Shown here: one piece after another, positions 11,789-25,514 of the stretch
How positions within the stretch are numbered: position 1 is the first letter of the stretch
Layout of the letters: every line of letters begins with the position of its first letter
Assembly (NCBI GenBank): GCA_044892525.1
Contig: CM097885.1
Location: forward strand, 235,044,001-235,108,000
DNA: 64,000 nucleotides
From: Schmidtea polychroa
Taxonomy: Eukaryota
Direction: 5' to 3'
The notes under the pieces: model-generated
What the model saw: the letters and a program-made list of their open reading frames with translations, nothing else
Told to the model about the DNA's origin: nothing
Database searches by the model: none
Program-made: the position numbers and the translations under genes

Positions 11789-11844
11789 AAAATAATTTAC
11801 AAAAAAACTTACAAAAAAATTTAGAAAATAATTTACAAAAAAAT

Positions 11845-14800
11845 TTGCAAAAAAATATTAAAAAAAATAAAAAAAATATTATTAAAGATTCAAATATTAA
11901 AAAAGATGCTATTAAAAAAGATACTATAAATATTATTAAAAAAGATATTATAAATATTAAAAAAGATTCTATTAAAAGACCTGCTGGTTTAATTAAAAAT
12001 TGCATTCCTAATAAATTATCGCGACCTGAAGTGATAGTCATCAGCAAAGATGAATGTGTAGCTTCAACATCGTTTACACACCAAGCACCCATTACACAAC
12101 ACGCACCCATTACACAACAAGAAGTGATAGTCATCAATGATGAATGTGTAGCTTCAACGTCTTTGAACATATGCCAAATAGGCGGCTCTTTGTTTGAACC
12201 TATGGTAGAATCCGATTTGAACGGATCGCGTAAAACTTTAAGATTTGATATTAGAAATCAAAACTTAGTAAAAATAGCCCTAACATCAAAAATTGAAGAT
12301 AGATTAATACAGGAAATAGAAAAGATGGGCAATGTAAAAATTCAATTCACAATTTTAATTAAATTTGAAAAAGATGGGGAGATCCGGGATAATTATTTTT
12401 CGAACAATGCTCAAGTTTTTACATCAAACTTTATAAACGAGGGGGTGAGCAAATTAAATGAAAAGATTGAGCAATTCACCTATTTAGGAAGCGGGTGGCG
12501 AGTAATGAATATTTTAGAAATAGATTTTATTTTAACGAAATACGCACCCGTCAGTAGATTATCCGGACATAGCTATATAAAAACCCCATCAGCATTAAAA
12601 TTAAAACATGCAATAATTAATGTAAAAAACAACGACCATAAGTGCTTCTTGTATAGCATTCTTGCACTTTTAAAAAGAGAAGAAATAGGTCGTAATCACC
12701 AAAGAGCCGCCAAATATATAGAATTTTTACCTCTATTAAATTATGACGAAGACACTGATTGCCCGATGAGGCTATGCAACATTCCCAAATTTGAAAGAAA
12801 AAATAGAGATTTAAACTTGAGCATAAACGTTCTGTCTTATAATCCAGCCAGTTCTGATTTAGATATTTCTGAGGATTATGTAGCTCACCACCCTCATCTT
12901 AATATAGTACATCGCTCCAAGGTTATAGACGGTAGACCAATTTATTTATTACTTTTGAGTAATAAAGATAAATATCATTATACAGCCGTGACAGACTTGG
13001 ACAAATTAATGAATTGTCATGAAAATGAAAATGTAAATGTTCAAATAAGGTGTAACTGGTGCCCTCATTGTTTAAATGGCTTTAGATATAAGAATGCTTT
13101 CGATCAGCATGTTGCTCTATGCTGTAAAAATCAGACTGGCACAACTTTGTATACACTTCCTAAAAATAAAGATTTATTATTCACAGATTACGCGAAAACA
13201 GTTACACCTCCCTTCGTAATTTATGCCGATTTTGAATCGGTTTTACCAGAACATGAAACATATCATCAAATACATTTACCCATATCAGCAGGTCTTTTAT
13301 TAATTAATAATTATACACACACTAAATTTTATTATTATTTTTTTGGACCTAATTGTATTTTGGATTTTTTGAGGAAAGTGGAGGAAATTGCTGTCACAAT
13401 TGTCCTGCCATATTATGATCTTGAAGGTCGTAAAGGTATGTCTACTTTGTCTTTTGCTCAGGAGCGTGCCTTTCGATCTTCCACTATTTGTTATTTGTGT
13501 AAAAAATCTATTATTAATCCTGTGAGAGATCATTGCCATTTTACAGGTAGATATGTCGGAGCGGCATGTAGGAAATGCAATGTCTCTCGCAGGATTAATA
13601 AATTGTTACCTGTTGTCTTTCATAATTTACGAGGCTATGACCTCCACCATATTTTAAAACATGGTCTCAGTGATTTTCCCCTTTGGGAACTTAATATTAT
13701 ACCTACCTCTACAGAAAAATTTATATCTTTAATTGCATATATTAACAAATTGCCTGTTCGTTTTATTGACAGCATGCAATTTGTTAATTGTTCTTTAGCA
13801 AAAGCTGTGAAAACCTTAACTACTTTTCCTTTGACTTCGTCTGTCTTTCAAGGGTCGATGATTCACTCTAAAGGTATCTTTCCATATAATTTCGCCACTT
13901 CTTTAGATGTTCTTGAATCGACTTTAGAATTACCTCCTATTTGGTCTGATGTTACGGAAGATCAGTACGCTGAGGCTCAACTAATTTGGAGTCAGCATAA
14001 CTGTAATAATTTGTTAGATTATATGTTAATCTACCTAAAATTGGACGTATACCTCCTCGCAGATTATTTTCAGCAATTCCGCGGTAAGGCAATTGCTTAC
14101 AATGGTCTGGATCCTCTTAATTTCTACGGGATTCCCGGTATGTCATGGGCCTCAGCGCTTATGACATTAACGGAACCAATAGAACTTCTGCAGGACATGG
14201 AAATGTATAATTTCTATGAGGGAGGTATCCGGGGTGGGTTAACATTTGTTAACAAACATTACACGGCTACTTCAGATGATACAGAATTATTGTACATTGA
14301 TATAAATAATCTGTATGGTTGGGCTCTTAGCCAAAATCTTCCGTATGGTGATTTTTCTTGGGTGAATAATAACTTGAATGATGTTTTACTTGAATGTATG
14401 AACACGGATATTGATAACCTTCCATATGGGTATACTATGGAGGTCGATATCGATATTCCGGAATGTGTGCATGACTTTTTGAATAATTTTCCGCTTGCGC
14501 CGGAAAAGTTGTGCCCGCCTAATTCAAAAGTTGAGAAGCTTATGCTTACGCATTGGCCAAAGAGGAACTATGTTCTTCATTGGAGGCTTCTCAAATTGTA
14601 TATAGAATTAGGTGCGGTTGTTGTAAATATTCATAGGTGTATAAAGTTTAAACAAGGACCTATCTTTAAATCCTACATAGACACCAACACCACTTTACGA
14701 TCTCAGTCTACTAGTGAGATATATAGGGACTTGTTTAAATTGTATAATAACTCTCTTTACGGTAAATCGGTTGAAAATTTGAAAAAAAGAATGAATTTGA

Positions 14801-15594
14801 GGTTGTGTAATTCATCCGAAAAGATGATAGTATACTCTTCAAAGCCGACTTTCAGAAAGTCCATAAGAATCGATAACGATCTGATTGCGGCACATTTGGA
14901 AAAAGATGTGATTTGTTTAGACAGACCTAGCTACATTGGTCAAACAGTACTAGATCTGTCTAAACTGCGGATGTACCAGCTCCAATATATTGATTTGGAG
15001 AAGTACAGACGCCAATATAAATGTATCATAAATATTATTGCCGGTGATACCGACAGTTTCTTTTTGGAAATAAAAAATTTAAAATTAACAACTTTATTAC
15101 CTCAGATGATCTCTGATAATTTATTGGATACGTCAAATTACGATCCAACCCACCCCTTGTATAGTAGGAACCTTGACTCGGTCATCGGGAAGTTTAAAGA
15201 TGAGAGCAAGGGATTAGGGTATTCTGAATGGGTTTTCTTACGCCCTAAATGTTATAGTCTTTTAGGTAGTAAGGAAACGGTAAAAGCGAAAGGGGTTAAA
15301 TTACCAGGGACATCAATAAATCACGAATCATATCTAAATTGCTTTCATTCAAATCAGGTGATTTCTGTACCGCAGACTAGAATAGGTACTAGAAATCACC
15401 AACTTTTTACTTTTAAAAATTCGAAAATTGCCCTAAGTAATAATGATGATAAGCGCGCGTGGCTAGGAAAAAACTTAAGTTACGCATTTGGGCACTATTT
15501 AGGAGTTGACGAATTAAGCGAATATGATGAGGAATTCGGTCCAGCTCCAAGTCCCAGTTTTGACGACAGCGAATGGGACGAAGATCAAATTTAA
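11845..15594 (+). CDS. Protein-primed family B DNA polymerase (pPolB); frame open from 11776
   Basis: Exonuclease YADFES and HNLRGYD; polymerase YIDINNLYG, KLYNNSLYGK and GDTDS; EndoVII-like CYLC..RDHCHFTG..GAAC..CN insert; N-terminal GSGW and KCFLYS..HY (OTU-like) region; QIGG protease site. Confidence 0.97.
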   Translation: MQKNIKKNKKNIIKDSNIKKDAIKKDTINIIKKDIINIKKDSIKRPAGLIKNCIPNKLSRPEVIVISKDECVASTSFTHQAPITQHAPITQQEVIVINDECVASTSLNICQIGGSLFEPMVESDLNGSRKTLRFDIRNQNLVKIALTSKIEDRLIQEIEKMGNVKIQFTILIKFEKDGEIRDNYFSNNAQVFTSNFINEGVSKLNEKIEQFTYLGSGWRVMNILEIDFILTKYAPVSRLSGHSYIKTPSALKLKHAIINVKNNDHKCFLYSILALLKREEIGRNHQRAAKYIEFLPLLNYDEDTDCPMRLCNIPKFERKNRDLNLSINVLSYNPASSDLDISEDYVAHHPHLNIVHRSKVIDGRPIYLLLLSNKDKYHYTAVTDLDKLMNCHENENVNVQIRCNWCPHCLNGFRYKNAFDQHVALCCKNQTGTTLYTLPKNKDLLFTDYAKTVTPPFVIYADFESVLPEHETYHQIHLPISAGLLLINNYTHTKFYYYFFGPNCILDFLRKVEEIAVTIVLPYYDLEGRKGMSTLSFAQERAFRSSTICYLCKKSIINPVRDHCHFTGRYVGAACRKCNVSRRINKLLPVVFHNLRGYDLHHILKHGLSDFPLWELNIIPTSTEKFISLIAYINKLPVRFIDSMQFVNCSLAKAVKTLTTFPLTSSVFQGSMIHSKGIFPYNFATSLDVLESTLELPPIWSDVTEDQYAEAQLIWSQHNCNNLLDYMLIYLKLDVYLLADYFQQFRGKAIAYNGLDPLNFYGIPGMSWASALMTLTEPIELLQDMEMYNFYEGGIRGGLTFVNKHYTATSDDTELLYIDINNLYGWALSQNLPYGDFSWVNNNLNDVLLECMNTDIDNLPYGYTMEVDIDIPECVHDFLNNFPLAPEKLCPPNSKVEKLMLTHWPKRNYVLHWRLLKLYIELGAVVVNIHRCIKFKQGPIFKSYIDTNTTLRSQSTSEIYRDLFKLYNNSLYGKSVENLKKRMNLRLCNSSEKMIVYSSKPTFRKSIRIDNDLIAAHLEKDVICLDRPSYIGQTVLDLSKLRMYQLQYIDLEKYRRQYKCIINIIAGDTDSFFLEIKNLKLTTLLPQMISDNLLDTSNYDPTHPLYSRNLDSVIGKFKDESKGLGYSEWVFLRPKCYSLLGSKETVKAKGVKLPGTSINHESYLNCFHSNQVISVPQTRIGTRNHQLFTFKNSKIALSNNDDKRAWLGKNLSYAFGHYLGVDELSEYDEEFGPAPSPSFDDSEWDEDQI

Positions 15595-15812
15595 ATAGAA
15601 AAAACTTTATATTTTTGATTTATAAAAACTTGTATAGTGATTTCATGATTTATAAAAAATTGTATAGAAACTTTTATTTAAAAACTTGTACAAAAACCTG
15701 TATATTGTATAAAACTTGTATTTATATATACATATTCAATAAAATTTTTAATCAGATTTTTTAAGTATTTGGTGTTTTATTATAATTTTTTTATATTTAA
15801 TGGTGATTTTTA

Positions 15813-16029
15813 TATAGTCTGCAGTGAGCATGCAGCTATATGTTTTTTTATATAGTCTGCAGTGAGCATGCAGCTATATGTTTTTTTATATAGTCTGCAG
15901 TGAGCATGCAGCTATATGTTTTTTTTATATAGTCTGCAGTGAGCATGCAGCTATATGTTTTTTTTATATAGTCTGCAGTGAGCATGCAGCTATATGTTTT
16001 ATATAGTCTGCAGTGGGCATGCAGCTATA
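15813..16029. repeat. Tandem array of about 6 x ~39 bp (TATAGTCTGCAGTGAGCATGCAGCTATATGTTTTTTTA)
   Basis: Read directly from the sequence. Confidence 0.95.
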
Positions 16030-16069
16030 TCAATGAAATAAAAATAATAATAATATTAATAATATTAAT

Positions 16070-16148
<79 letters not shown>

Positions 16149-16156
16149 TTAATAAT

Positions 16157-16220
<64 letters not shown>

Positions 16221-16303
16221 CTTTAAACAGGTTGCAAAGGGTACTAGTCATGCTTATTATTGTTATACATTTGATGGTTACATTTTGAAAGCTCTATTTT
16301 GAT

Positions 16304-17747
<1,444 letters not shown>

Positions 17748-19254
17748 TGTGTTGGGCTAAATCTGATTTTTAGACCCAAAGTTAAGATTGTGACGGAATG
17801 TGTCGATACATAACAAGCATACCCAGTATCAAGTAGAGCAAAATAAAACATAATAAACACCAAATAAACAAGTATAATATAAAAGTACTTTACACAAAAA
17901 AAAAACATCCAAATACAAAATAAATTAAAACACGAACAAGAAGTATTGTACGAAACCTTCTCAGATACAACCAAAAACACATACCAACAATAAAGAAAGT
18001 CGAATTAAAGCCAAAAGTATAAATAAAAAAGGAAATTAAACAAATTTCCCTAAAATCGTGGTGAAAAGTAATTTAAAGACATAATTGTGCCAAAATTTGA
18101 ATAAAAACCTAGAACAACCCATCAAAATGGTGAAATCCATTATGGCCACCAAAAGACCAAAAAAAATTTATAAAAATATATATTTAACTTTTAAAATAAC
18201 AAAAAATCATAAAATGAATTTATAAAGAAGCAAAAAAGATCGTAGAACATTTAATTGTTTAATTGTTTAATTGTTTTTTTATATTAAAACTTATGTTATT
18301 ATGATTTTGATTTTTTACCATTTCCCTTTTTCCTTTCTTTTGAACAGGAGTTACTGAGTCCGTAGTGTTCATTTTTTTGCACACGACCTCAGTCAGTCCT
18401 GCGTAGCTTAGAAAGATGGTAAAACATTAAAAAATTCTAGAAAATCCCAGAACATTTCATAAGAATGGCGATAACTACCATAAAAGCCATATAGATCAAT
18501 AAAAGTTATCAAAAATAAATAAATTAGTCGTAAAAATAAAAATTCTTAAAAAGAAATTAGGAAAAACATCATTAAATTAAAAATTAAATTAAATTAAAAG
18601 TAAAATGGAATGTTCTGGAATCGTTCCAAATCCATCATGGAGGTAAATTTAACAAAAAATAATTAGAAAATAAAAATTTAAAAATAAAAACAAAAATTAT
18701 GGCACTAAAATTGCCATTAAAAATATCAAAAATAGAAAATAGAAAATTCTAGATTAAAAAGAATTCGAGTTTGTTTTAATACATCAATACATACACGTGT
18801 ACTTGCACACACAAAAATAGGTATATATACCGACGCATTTTAGTCACAAAAACACTCTTTATGCCAAATTCATTTTCGTGAACAATCTTTGGAGAACTCT
18901 TAATAGTAAGGATTATTTTATTTGCATTGTAATGAATATTTTTATTAATTTGTTATAAAATCCACATTACCTTTTAAAATTTTTTTTCTCATTTTATTTC
19001 GGATTATTGTATGTGAGAGTGATTAGAGTCGCACAGATTGTCTGCGTCTCTGATCAGTCCTACATTCAACCAGATTATAAAATCTACAGCCACATGCAGA
19101 CACGCATTATCACTATTATATTTCCTTTTTTGTTCAGGTCTTTCGGAGGTCGCGCCACTTCATGGTTCTGCCATGGAGTTGAGTCGATAAGATCCCTCCA
19201 TCTGACTCTACTTATTTATTACAGGTCAGCCGTAAAGGGTTGACTTAACACACA
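17748..19254 (+). repeat. Dispersed LTR-like repeat (starts TGTTGGGCTA); diverged inverted copy at ~44070-47643
   Basis: Colinear blocks shared with the reverse complement of 44070-44839 and 47298-47643, e.g. ATGGAATGTTCTGGAA..CCAAATCCATCATGGAGG. Confidence 0.65.
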
Positions 19255-20544
19255 ACAGTAAGGTTTGTCGTAGTGGTCACAGTGGGGCCGCGAAAGCAAG
19301 CACTCTTCCCGACTTAAACGCAATACACAATCAAAATCAACATTAAAACTCGATTCAATAGGATACACTAAGACTATAATTGAGTAGACCTCAGACCTAA
19401 ATTAATCACACTCAACACGGCTAATGTAGACGGTTAAAGATATTCTATCAAGTAATCTATTATACCACTGGTGCGTATGACGAACTCATAGCAGTAATTA
19501 ATTTAAATGCTTTTTCAATAATAATCAATGAAATAGATTAGTTTCAGTCAGGTATTCGTGCCAACTTGTGCAAAACGTTCAACGTAGGCACCAGTGGAAT
19601 ATATTTGTGAATTGAGGGAACTTTGAACTAATTATGATGGGAGCGGTTCATAAATTATAAACCTAATCTACAAATCTTAATCTACTAATGTGTACATCAA
19701 TAGCTAAAATCCGATCTTCTGAATCCTAACTGCTAAACACAAAATTTAAGCTATTTATAGGTATGTATATACATGGAATACGAGTGTCCTAAATTATAAA
19801 TGTATTGAAATTAGTAAACTATACGGTGTCCTTAAATTAAGGAATATAACCCGATAATGTATCAAAGTAATATGATGATCGAAATCAAAAGATGTAATTT
19901 TGAAATTATAGTTTCTAAATATATAACTTGATATTATAACTATATAATGACCCTAAATTATAAAATAGGACTGTAGATCATGTTTGAAAATAACAATTTG
20001 TAAATGAACAATGTTCTTAAATTATGAAATATAATTATATATTCTGAGAAAATATATAAAAATACATAAATGCATAATGTTACTTAATTATGAAATGTAA
20101 TTGTCTATTATGGATTAAAATATAATTTACAATGTTTAACACCCTTAAATTACGAAAATAACTTGTTATTAAGTGGAAAAATAGGATTTATAAAAGAATA
20201 GAGTTCCTAGATTATGAACGATAATTTTACATTATACTTTAAATCAGAATTTATAAAATTGCATTCTGCTCAAAGGTATAGCTAGTAAACGCATATTATT
20301 AGTAAATGGTGACTTACAGATTTACAGTATAGTATCATCTATCTATTATTATAAATCTTAAATACTAAACTCTAACTTCCATACCCGTAGCATTCCTAAA
20401 GGTAAAACTTACAATTTTATGTTATATGAAAATTATAAACCGAGAATTTCGTAAATATATGGTAATCTCCTAAAATATGAAGTTGCAATTATTACTATGA
20501 ATTATGATTATTATTATTTTGATCATTATTATTATTATTGTTAA

Positions 20545-20604
<60 letters not shown>

Positions 20605-20629
20605 ATTACTATTATTATCATTATTATTA

Positions 20630-20726
<97 letters not shown>

Positions 20727-21991
20727 TAACCTTATTATTATTATCATGGCCTATTCCCATAGCGATCGACCAATAATGTTAATTGTAATTACAAATCCCT
20801 TCTTGGGAAAACTAAAAATAGTATGTCATAATCCAATAAAATTATCCAAAACTACGAAATCTATTTTTAGTAACACACACACCCCCAAACAATGGCAATA
20901 ATAATAATCCAATCTGAAATTATATATAGGTTTATATATAGGCATGTGTGGGTGAGTAGGCATAAATATAGGAATTAATCTTCCCCCGAAAAAACCCAAT
21001 TGTACATTGGTCATAACCCTTTAGAATAATACAGCAAAATGCAATAACGTATTAAAGCTACCAAACAAATTTAATGTCAACCAAATAAAAAAGAAAAAGT
21101 CAATGACTAACTGAATTTATTAATCTCACACATTAAATTCTCATCCAAATTTTTCGTGAAAGTATATTTATATAAAAGCCCTTCAAACGTAATCGGTGAA
21201 ATACATTGTTGAGAGTTGGAAAGCTTCTGTGCAACTCCTTATTTTTCGGGTCCAGTTCGTTGGATTACCTTGGATAGTATATTTGTAAGTATTTACGCTG
21301 GATAACCGACTGGATTTCATGCATCTCCTTTAAGTGGTCGCCAGATGGTTCGTGGTGACCTCCATTCAAAAAATTTAGCTGGTGGGACTGGCATGGAGGT
21401 CAATCAAAACCCCATACCTCGTTAGATTAACAGACTCGCGGATTGTTGAATCAAAGGATAATCAAAGTGGGGGTGTAGGTCGGTGCTACCCACATGAATC
21501 TTCCTAATTCCGTTTAGGAATAGGGTCTAGTATCGACAACGGGAACGGATTGAAATTTGATCTTAAGCATGGAGTTTAAACTTGTCACTATGTAATAATC
21601 GACGGCTTTATATCTTGGATAATTGCAGAGATGTCACATTCTAGCAGCCACAGTAATGAGGAGGTAGATCGGCAGATATAAACACGACTCCGGACCCGAT
21701 ACATTTGGTACAAGATACATGACTGGAACCGCGGTCTGGATTTAGACAATTTCGGTCCAGTAATCCGGAGTGGTCCAGAGCCCGATGCCCCGGCGTGGGT
21801 TAAGACAGAACCGACAAACGATCTGTTGCAAGAGGCTCGCGACCGAGCAGCAATAGAAGTGGAGGCTGCCCAACTTCGGCTAAGGCGAATAGAGCTCCAG
21901 CTCCGGGCCGCAATTTTTATAAAATAAAAATTTTTTTATATATAATTAATAAATTTGTTTAAAATCCTTAATTTAATTAGTTATTATATCC

Positions 21992-22030
21992 CACCTGATG
22001 ATGACAGGAAAATTGTCGAAATATATCGTG
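21992..22030 (+). ncRNA. Minimal type I hammerhead ribozyme (Penelope-type)
   Basis: cac-CTGATGA-t-GACAG gaaaa TTGTC-GAAA-tata-TC-gtg. Confidence 0.8.
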
Positions 22031-22118
22031 AAAAGAATGTTTGATTGGCGTTATCTAATAATAATAATAATTATAAGAACTTTTATTTCTTCCAATTTCA
22101 CCACTGATTATTTTATCC

Positions 22119-22285
22119 ATTGAATTAAAAAGAGAGTTTGAAGACAATAAATCAGTAATATATCGATGTTTGTTGATACTCACGAATTTTCGGCACTGCC
22201 TTTTCAAGTGAATTTCATTCGTGAGTATCAACAAACATCGATATATTACTGATTTATAGTCTTCAAACTCTCTTTTTAATTCAAT
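22119..22285. repeat. Inverted repeat, 69-bp arms with 29-nt spacer, next to (AAT)n
   Basis: 22119-22187 pairs with 22217-22285 (1 mismatch); part of a repeat also seen at 40224-40323 and 48040-48360. Confidence 0.9.
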
Positions 22286-22297
22286 AATAATAATAAT

Positions 22298-22407
<110 letters not shown>

Positions 22408-22818
22408 CTAACAATTAACGGGTAATGGCGTTTATTTATTTGTTGTACTTTTCAAGTAATTAATAGAAATTTGATAATAAAAACAAATAATTGACAAATT
22501 AAAACAAAATCCCAATGATTTGATAGGAATAATTTCACTGCCAAAATAAAATTCCACCAAATTAATATTAATTATAAACTATTGGTTGAATAATAAATGT
22601 ATAAATATAATTGAAGTATTTTATCATAATTATTGAGACAGCTTTGTAATTAGTTAACAAATTTAGATTATTGTTATTAAATTAGAAATTTAATTATAAT
22701 TACTTCATATTAATCATATAAATATTTATTTTCGGTAGTAAATAATTCCACTTATGCTCTATATAAGCTAATCTGATTGATGGTAATTTCAGTTAATAAA
22801 ATTATTTCAGTTGTTTCA

Positions 22819-23346
22819 ATGAGCACAAATAAATTATTCAATTGTCAAACGAAAGATTACATTTTTGTCAATTCTAATAAGTCTGTTGAAATAGGGAAAT
22901 ATGACCCGATTCATGATTCTTCAAATGTTTTCATTACGTATTTTTACAATGAACAAAGCCCAAATTGGATGAATTGCAAAATAAAGCATTTGGCCTCTCA
23001 AATGTATTTCTGTAAATCTAGATTCAACCGAGGACTTAGTTTGACTAGTGATAAATCTGACATTAAAAGCTTGAATGATCCCAGATGTTTCATTTGGGTT
23101 GGGGAAAATGGCCAATTCTGTCTATGTCAATCAGATGATGCAAGCTTGGTAAGTAATAAATTGGTAAAATTAAATGTAAAGCTAAATGAAATATTTTAGG
23201 AAGGTCACTTCAAATTAATTTGTGAGGCAAACAGTAAACTTGTTACAAAAATATATGAAGGAAATCTTGATGTTATAAAGAATGTTTGGATGTCAGATCG
23301 GAAAAAATCTCAATATTTTTGGTATACTTGGACTTTAGGAAAATGA
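22819..23346 (+). CDS. Possible beta-trefoil (FGF/IL-1-like) protein, 2 exons (intron 23149-23199); 5' end degraded
   Basis: A GTAAGT..TTTTAG intron joins in frame. KLFNCQTKDYIFVN and CKIKHLASQMYFC resemble FGF-type strands. Confidence 0.35.
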
Positions 23347-23474
23347 AATTTGGCAGATTGTTTAGAATATATTATATACTGTTTCTCATTATTCCTATTG
23401 TTTTCCAAATTTTCACATGAACTAATTTTACTGAAATATTAAAAAATCGAATTAATAATAACCATCATCATAAT

Positions 23475-23572
<98 letters not shown>

Positions 23573-23684
23573 GCTATATACATTTTAGGGCTTACCGGTT
23601 ATTGGTCCGGGCTAGTTCTTGAAGTCGTAAGCCGCTCAGTGTCATTGTCGCTGATTGGTTATCAAAGTTATATCATTTTATCGA

Positions 23685-24043
23685 TTCAGGGTTTAGATTG
23701 CGTCGATCAATTTCTTATTGAAATTGAAATGATAGGAAAATACATAGTAATACCGTATTATTATAAATTTTTTCAGAAGGAAATGATAATTACTGATGAA
23801 CAGCAATTAGCTTTTGAAAACTGCACATCATGTTATTTGTGCAATAAGCCTTTAGTTAGTCCAGTTAGGAACATGACCATTTTACCTATTTCTTGGTGCA
23901 GCTTGAACGACTTGTAATCTGTCAAGGCAAATTAAACATACCCTTCCTGTCATATTTCATAATTTAAAGGGTTATGATCTGCATCACATCTTGAAATTTG
24001 ACCTTTCAAAATTTCATTCATGTAATATTAGTTGTATTCCTTT
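23685..24043 (+). pseudogene. Polinton pPolB fragment (EndoVII-like/Exo II region)
   Basis: GLDCVDQFL...CYLCNKP...LPVIFHNLKGYDLHHILK with frameshifts and stops. Confidence 0.85.
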
Positions 24044-25447
24044 AGTAGGTAGTTAGGGGTCTACCGCAGCAATAGAGGGGGGGGGGGGGGGGGTGGGGGT
24101 TAAAAATGTTGCAAATTTTGATTGCATAATTTTTGCCGTAGACATTTTTTGATTACATAATTGATGCCGTAATGCCCAATGACTTTTTTTCTAGGATTTT
24201 CAATACAAAAAATTTGTTTTTAATACACAAAGTCAGTATTATTTGGGTGGGTCTCCTTGGTCCTGAGAATTTCAATACAAAAAAGCGGGTCTACATTAAA
24301 AAAGCATAGTAAATTTTTAAATTAAAGCAAATTATGGGTCTAAAAATCCAATTAAAGTAAATTATGGGCTAATTAAGTAAATTAAGGTTTAAATTTTTGA
24401 ATTACAGTAAATTATGGTTCTTAAATTTAAAATTAAAGTAAATTATGGTTCAAAAATTAAATTACAGTAAATTAAGGGCTCAGATTTTAAAATTAAAGTA
24501 AATTAATAGATATATTTGGTAATCAGTGGTTGAAATAAGTAAATTAAGTTTCAAATTTTTAATTTAAAGTAATAAGTAAATTTAAGTAAGATTTTAGAAT
24601 TTATTAACAAAAAGTTGGAATAATAGTCGGTAATTGAGAATAGAAATTTTTTAAGATAATTTTTAATGAAAATTTTAATGGAATAATTTTCAAAGTCAAA
24701 TGAAAATTTCAATGGAATAATAATAATAATAAAAATAATAATAATAATAACAATAATAATAATATATCTACCAAATACATAAAAATTAACTAGACATATA
24801 ACAAACATAAAAATTTACCAAACAAATGTAAAGATATAAACTTTTATTTAATAAAATCAGTCTTCATTAGATAAAATAATGTCATCAATATCGATATCAT
24901 CTTCTCTAACAACTTCCCCAATATCTTCTCCAAAATCTTCTTCATTAAATTCTTCCTCGTCTTCTCCAACATCTTCTCCAACAATTTCTCCAACCTTTAA
25001 TTGACTTAATCTTACATGCCCATATGCTAAACTAGTATTTTTCCCCACCCAAACCCTTTTGTCATCTGCGTTAGTTAGTGCTATTTTAGTATTTTTAATT
25101 GTAAAAATTTGATGATTTTTGCTTGTTATATTTGTTTGAGGAATCGAAAAAAATTTATTAGTGTTATAACAATCCAGGTATGACCGATGTTTTATGTCAC
25201 TACCTTTCAATGTTACACATCTAGCCTTTTTTGTTTCCTCATCACCCAACAAGCTATAACACTTAGGTCTAAGAAAAACCCATTCCTTATATTTAAGACC
25301 TTATTCTCGTCTTTGAACTTTCCAATGACAGAATCAAGGTTCTTACTATATAAGGAATGACAACTATTGTAATTGGAAGTATCAAATAAATTATCTCGAA
25401 TCATTGCAGATAATTTTAATAACACAGAGATAAAATTAACAATATTA
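24044..25447 (-). mobile_element. Right-end relic of another Polinton: pPolB C-terminus (24857-25447) running toward a TIR end at 24044
   Basis: DNLFDTSNY...VIGKFKDE and KIALTNADDKRVW match pPolB. AGTAGGTAGTTAGGGG at 24044 resembles the other termini (AGTAGGTGGATTGGGG). Confidence 0.7.
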
Positions 25448-25514
25448 TTCTCAGGTGGTAAGAATTCATTGTTTACTTGGTGTTTTCATATATTTAAGTA
25501 AAGTTAATGCTGGG

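Noticed and set aside
15813..16029. CRISPR-like appearance of the 39-bp array (also 59612-59932)
   Set aside because: No unique spacers, no cas genes, and a eukaryotic context.
21631..21915. GC-rich frame MSHSSS..*..AAQLRLRRIELQL resembling a retrotransposon gag N-terminus
   Set aside because: Internal stop, short and no diagnostic motif, so the family cannot be assigned.
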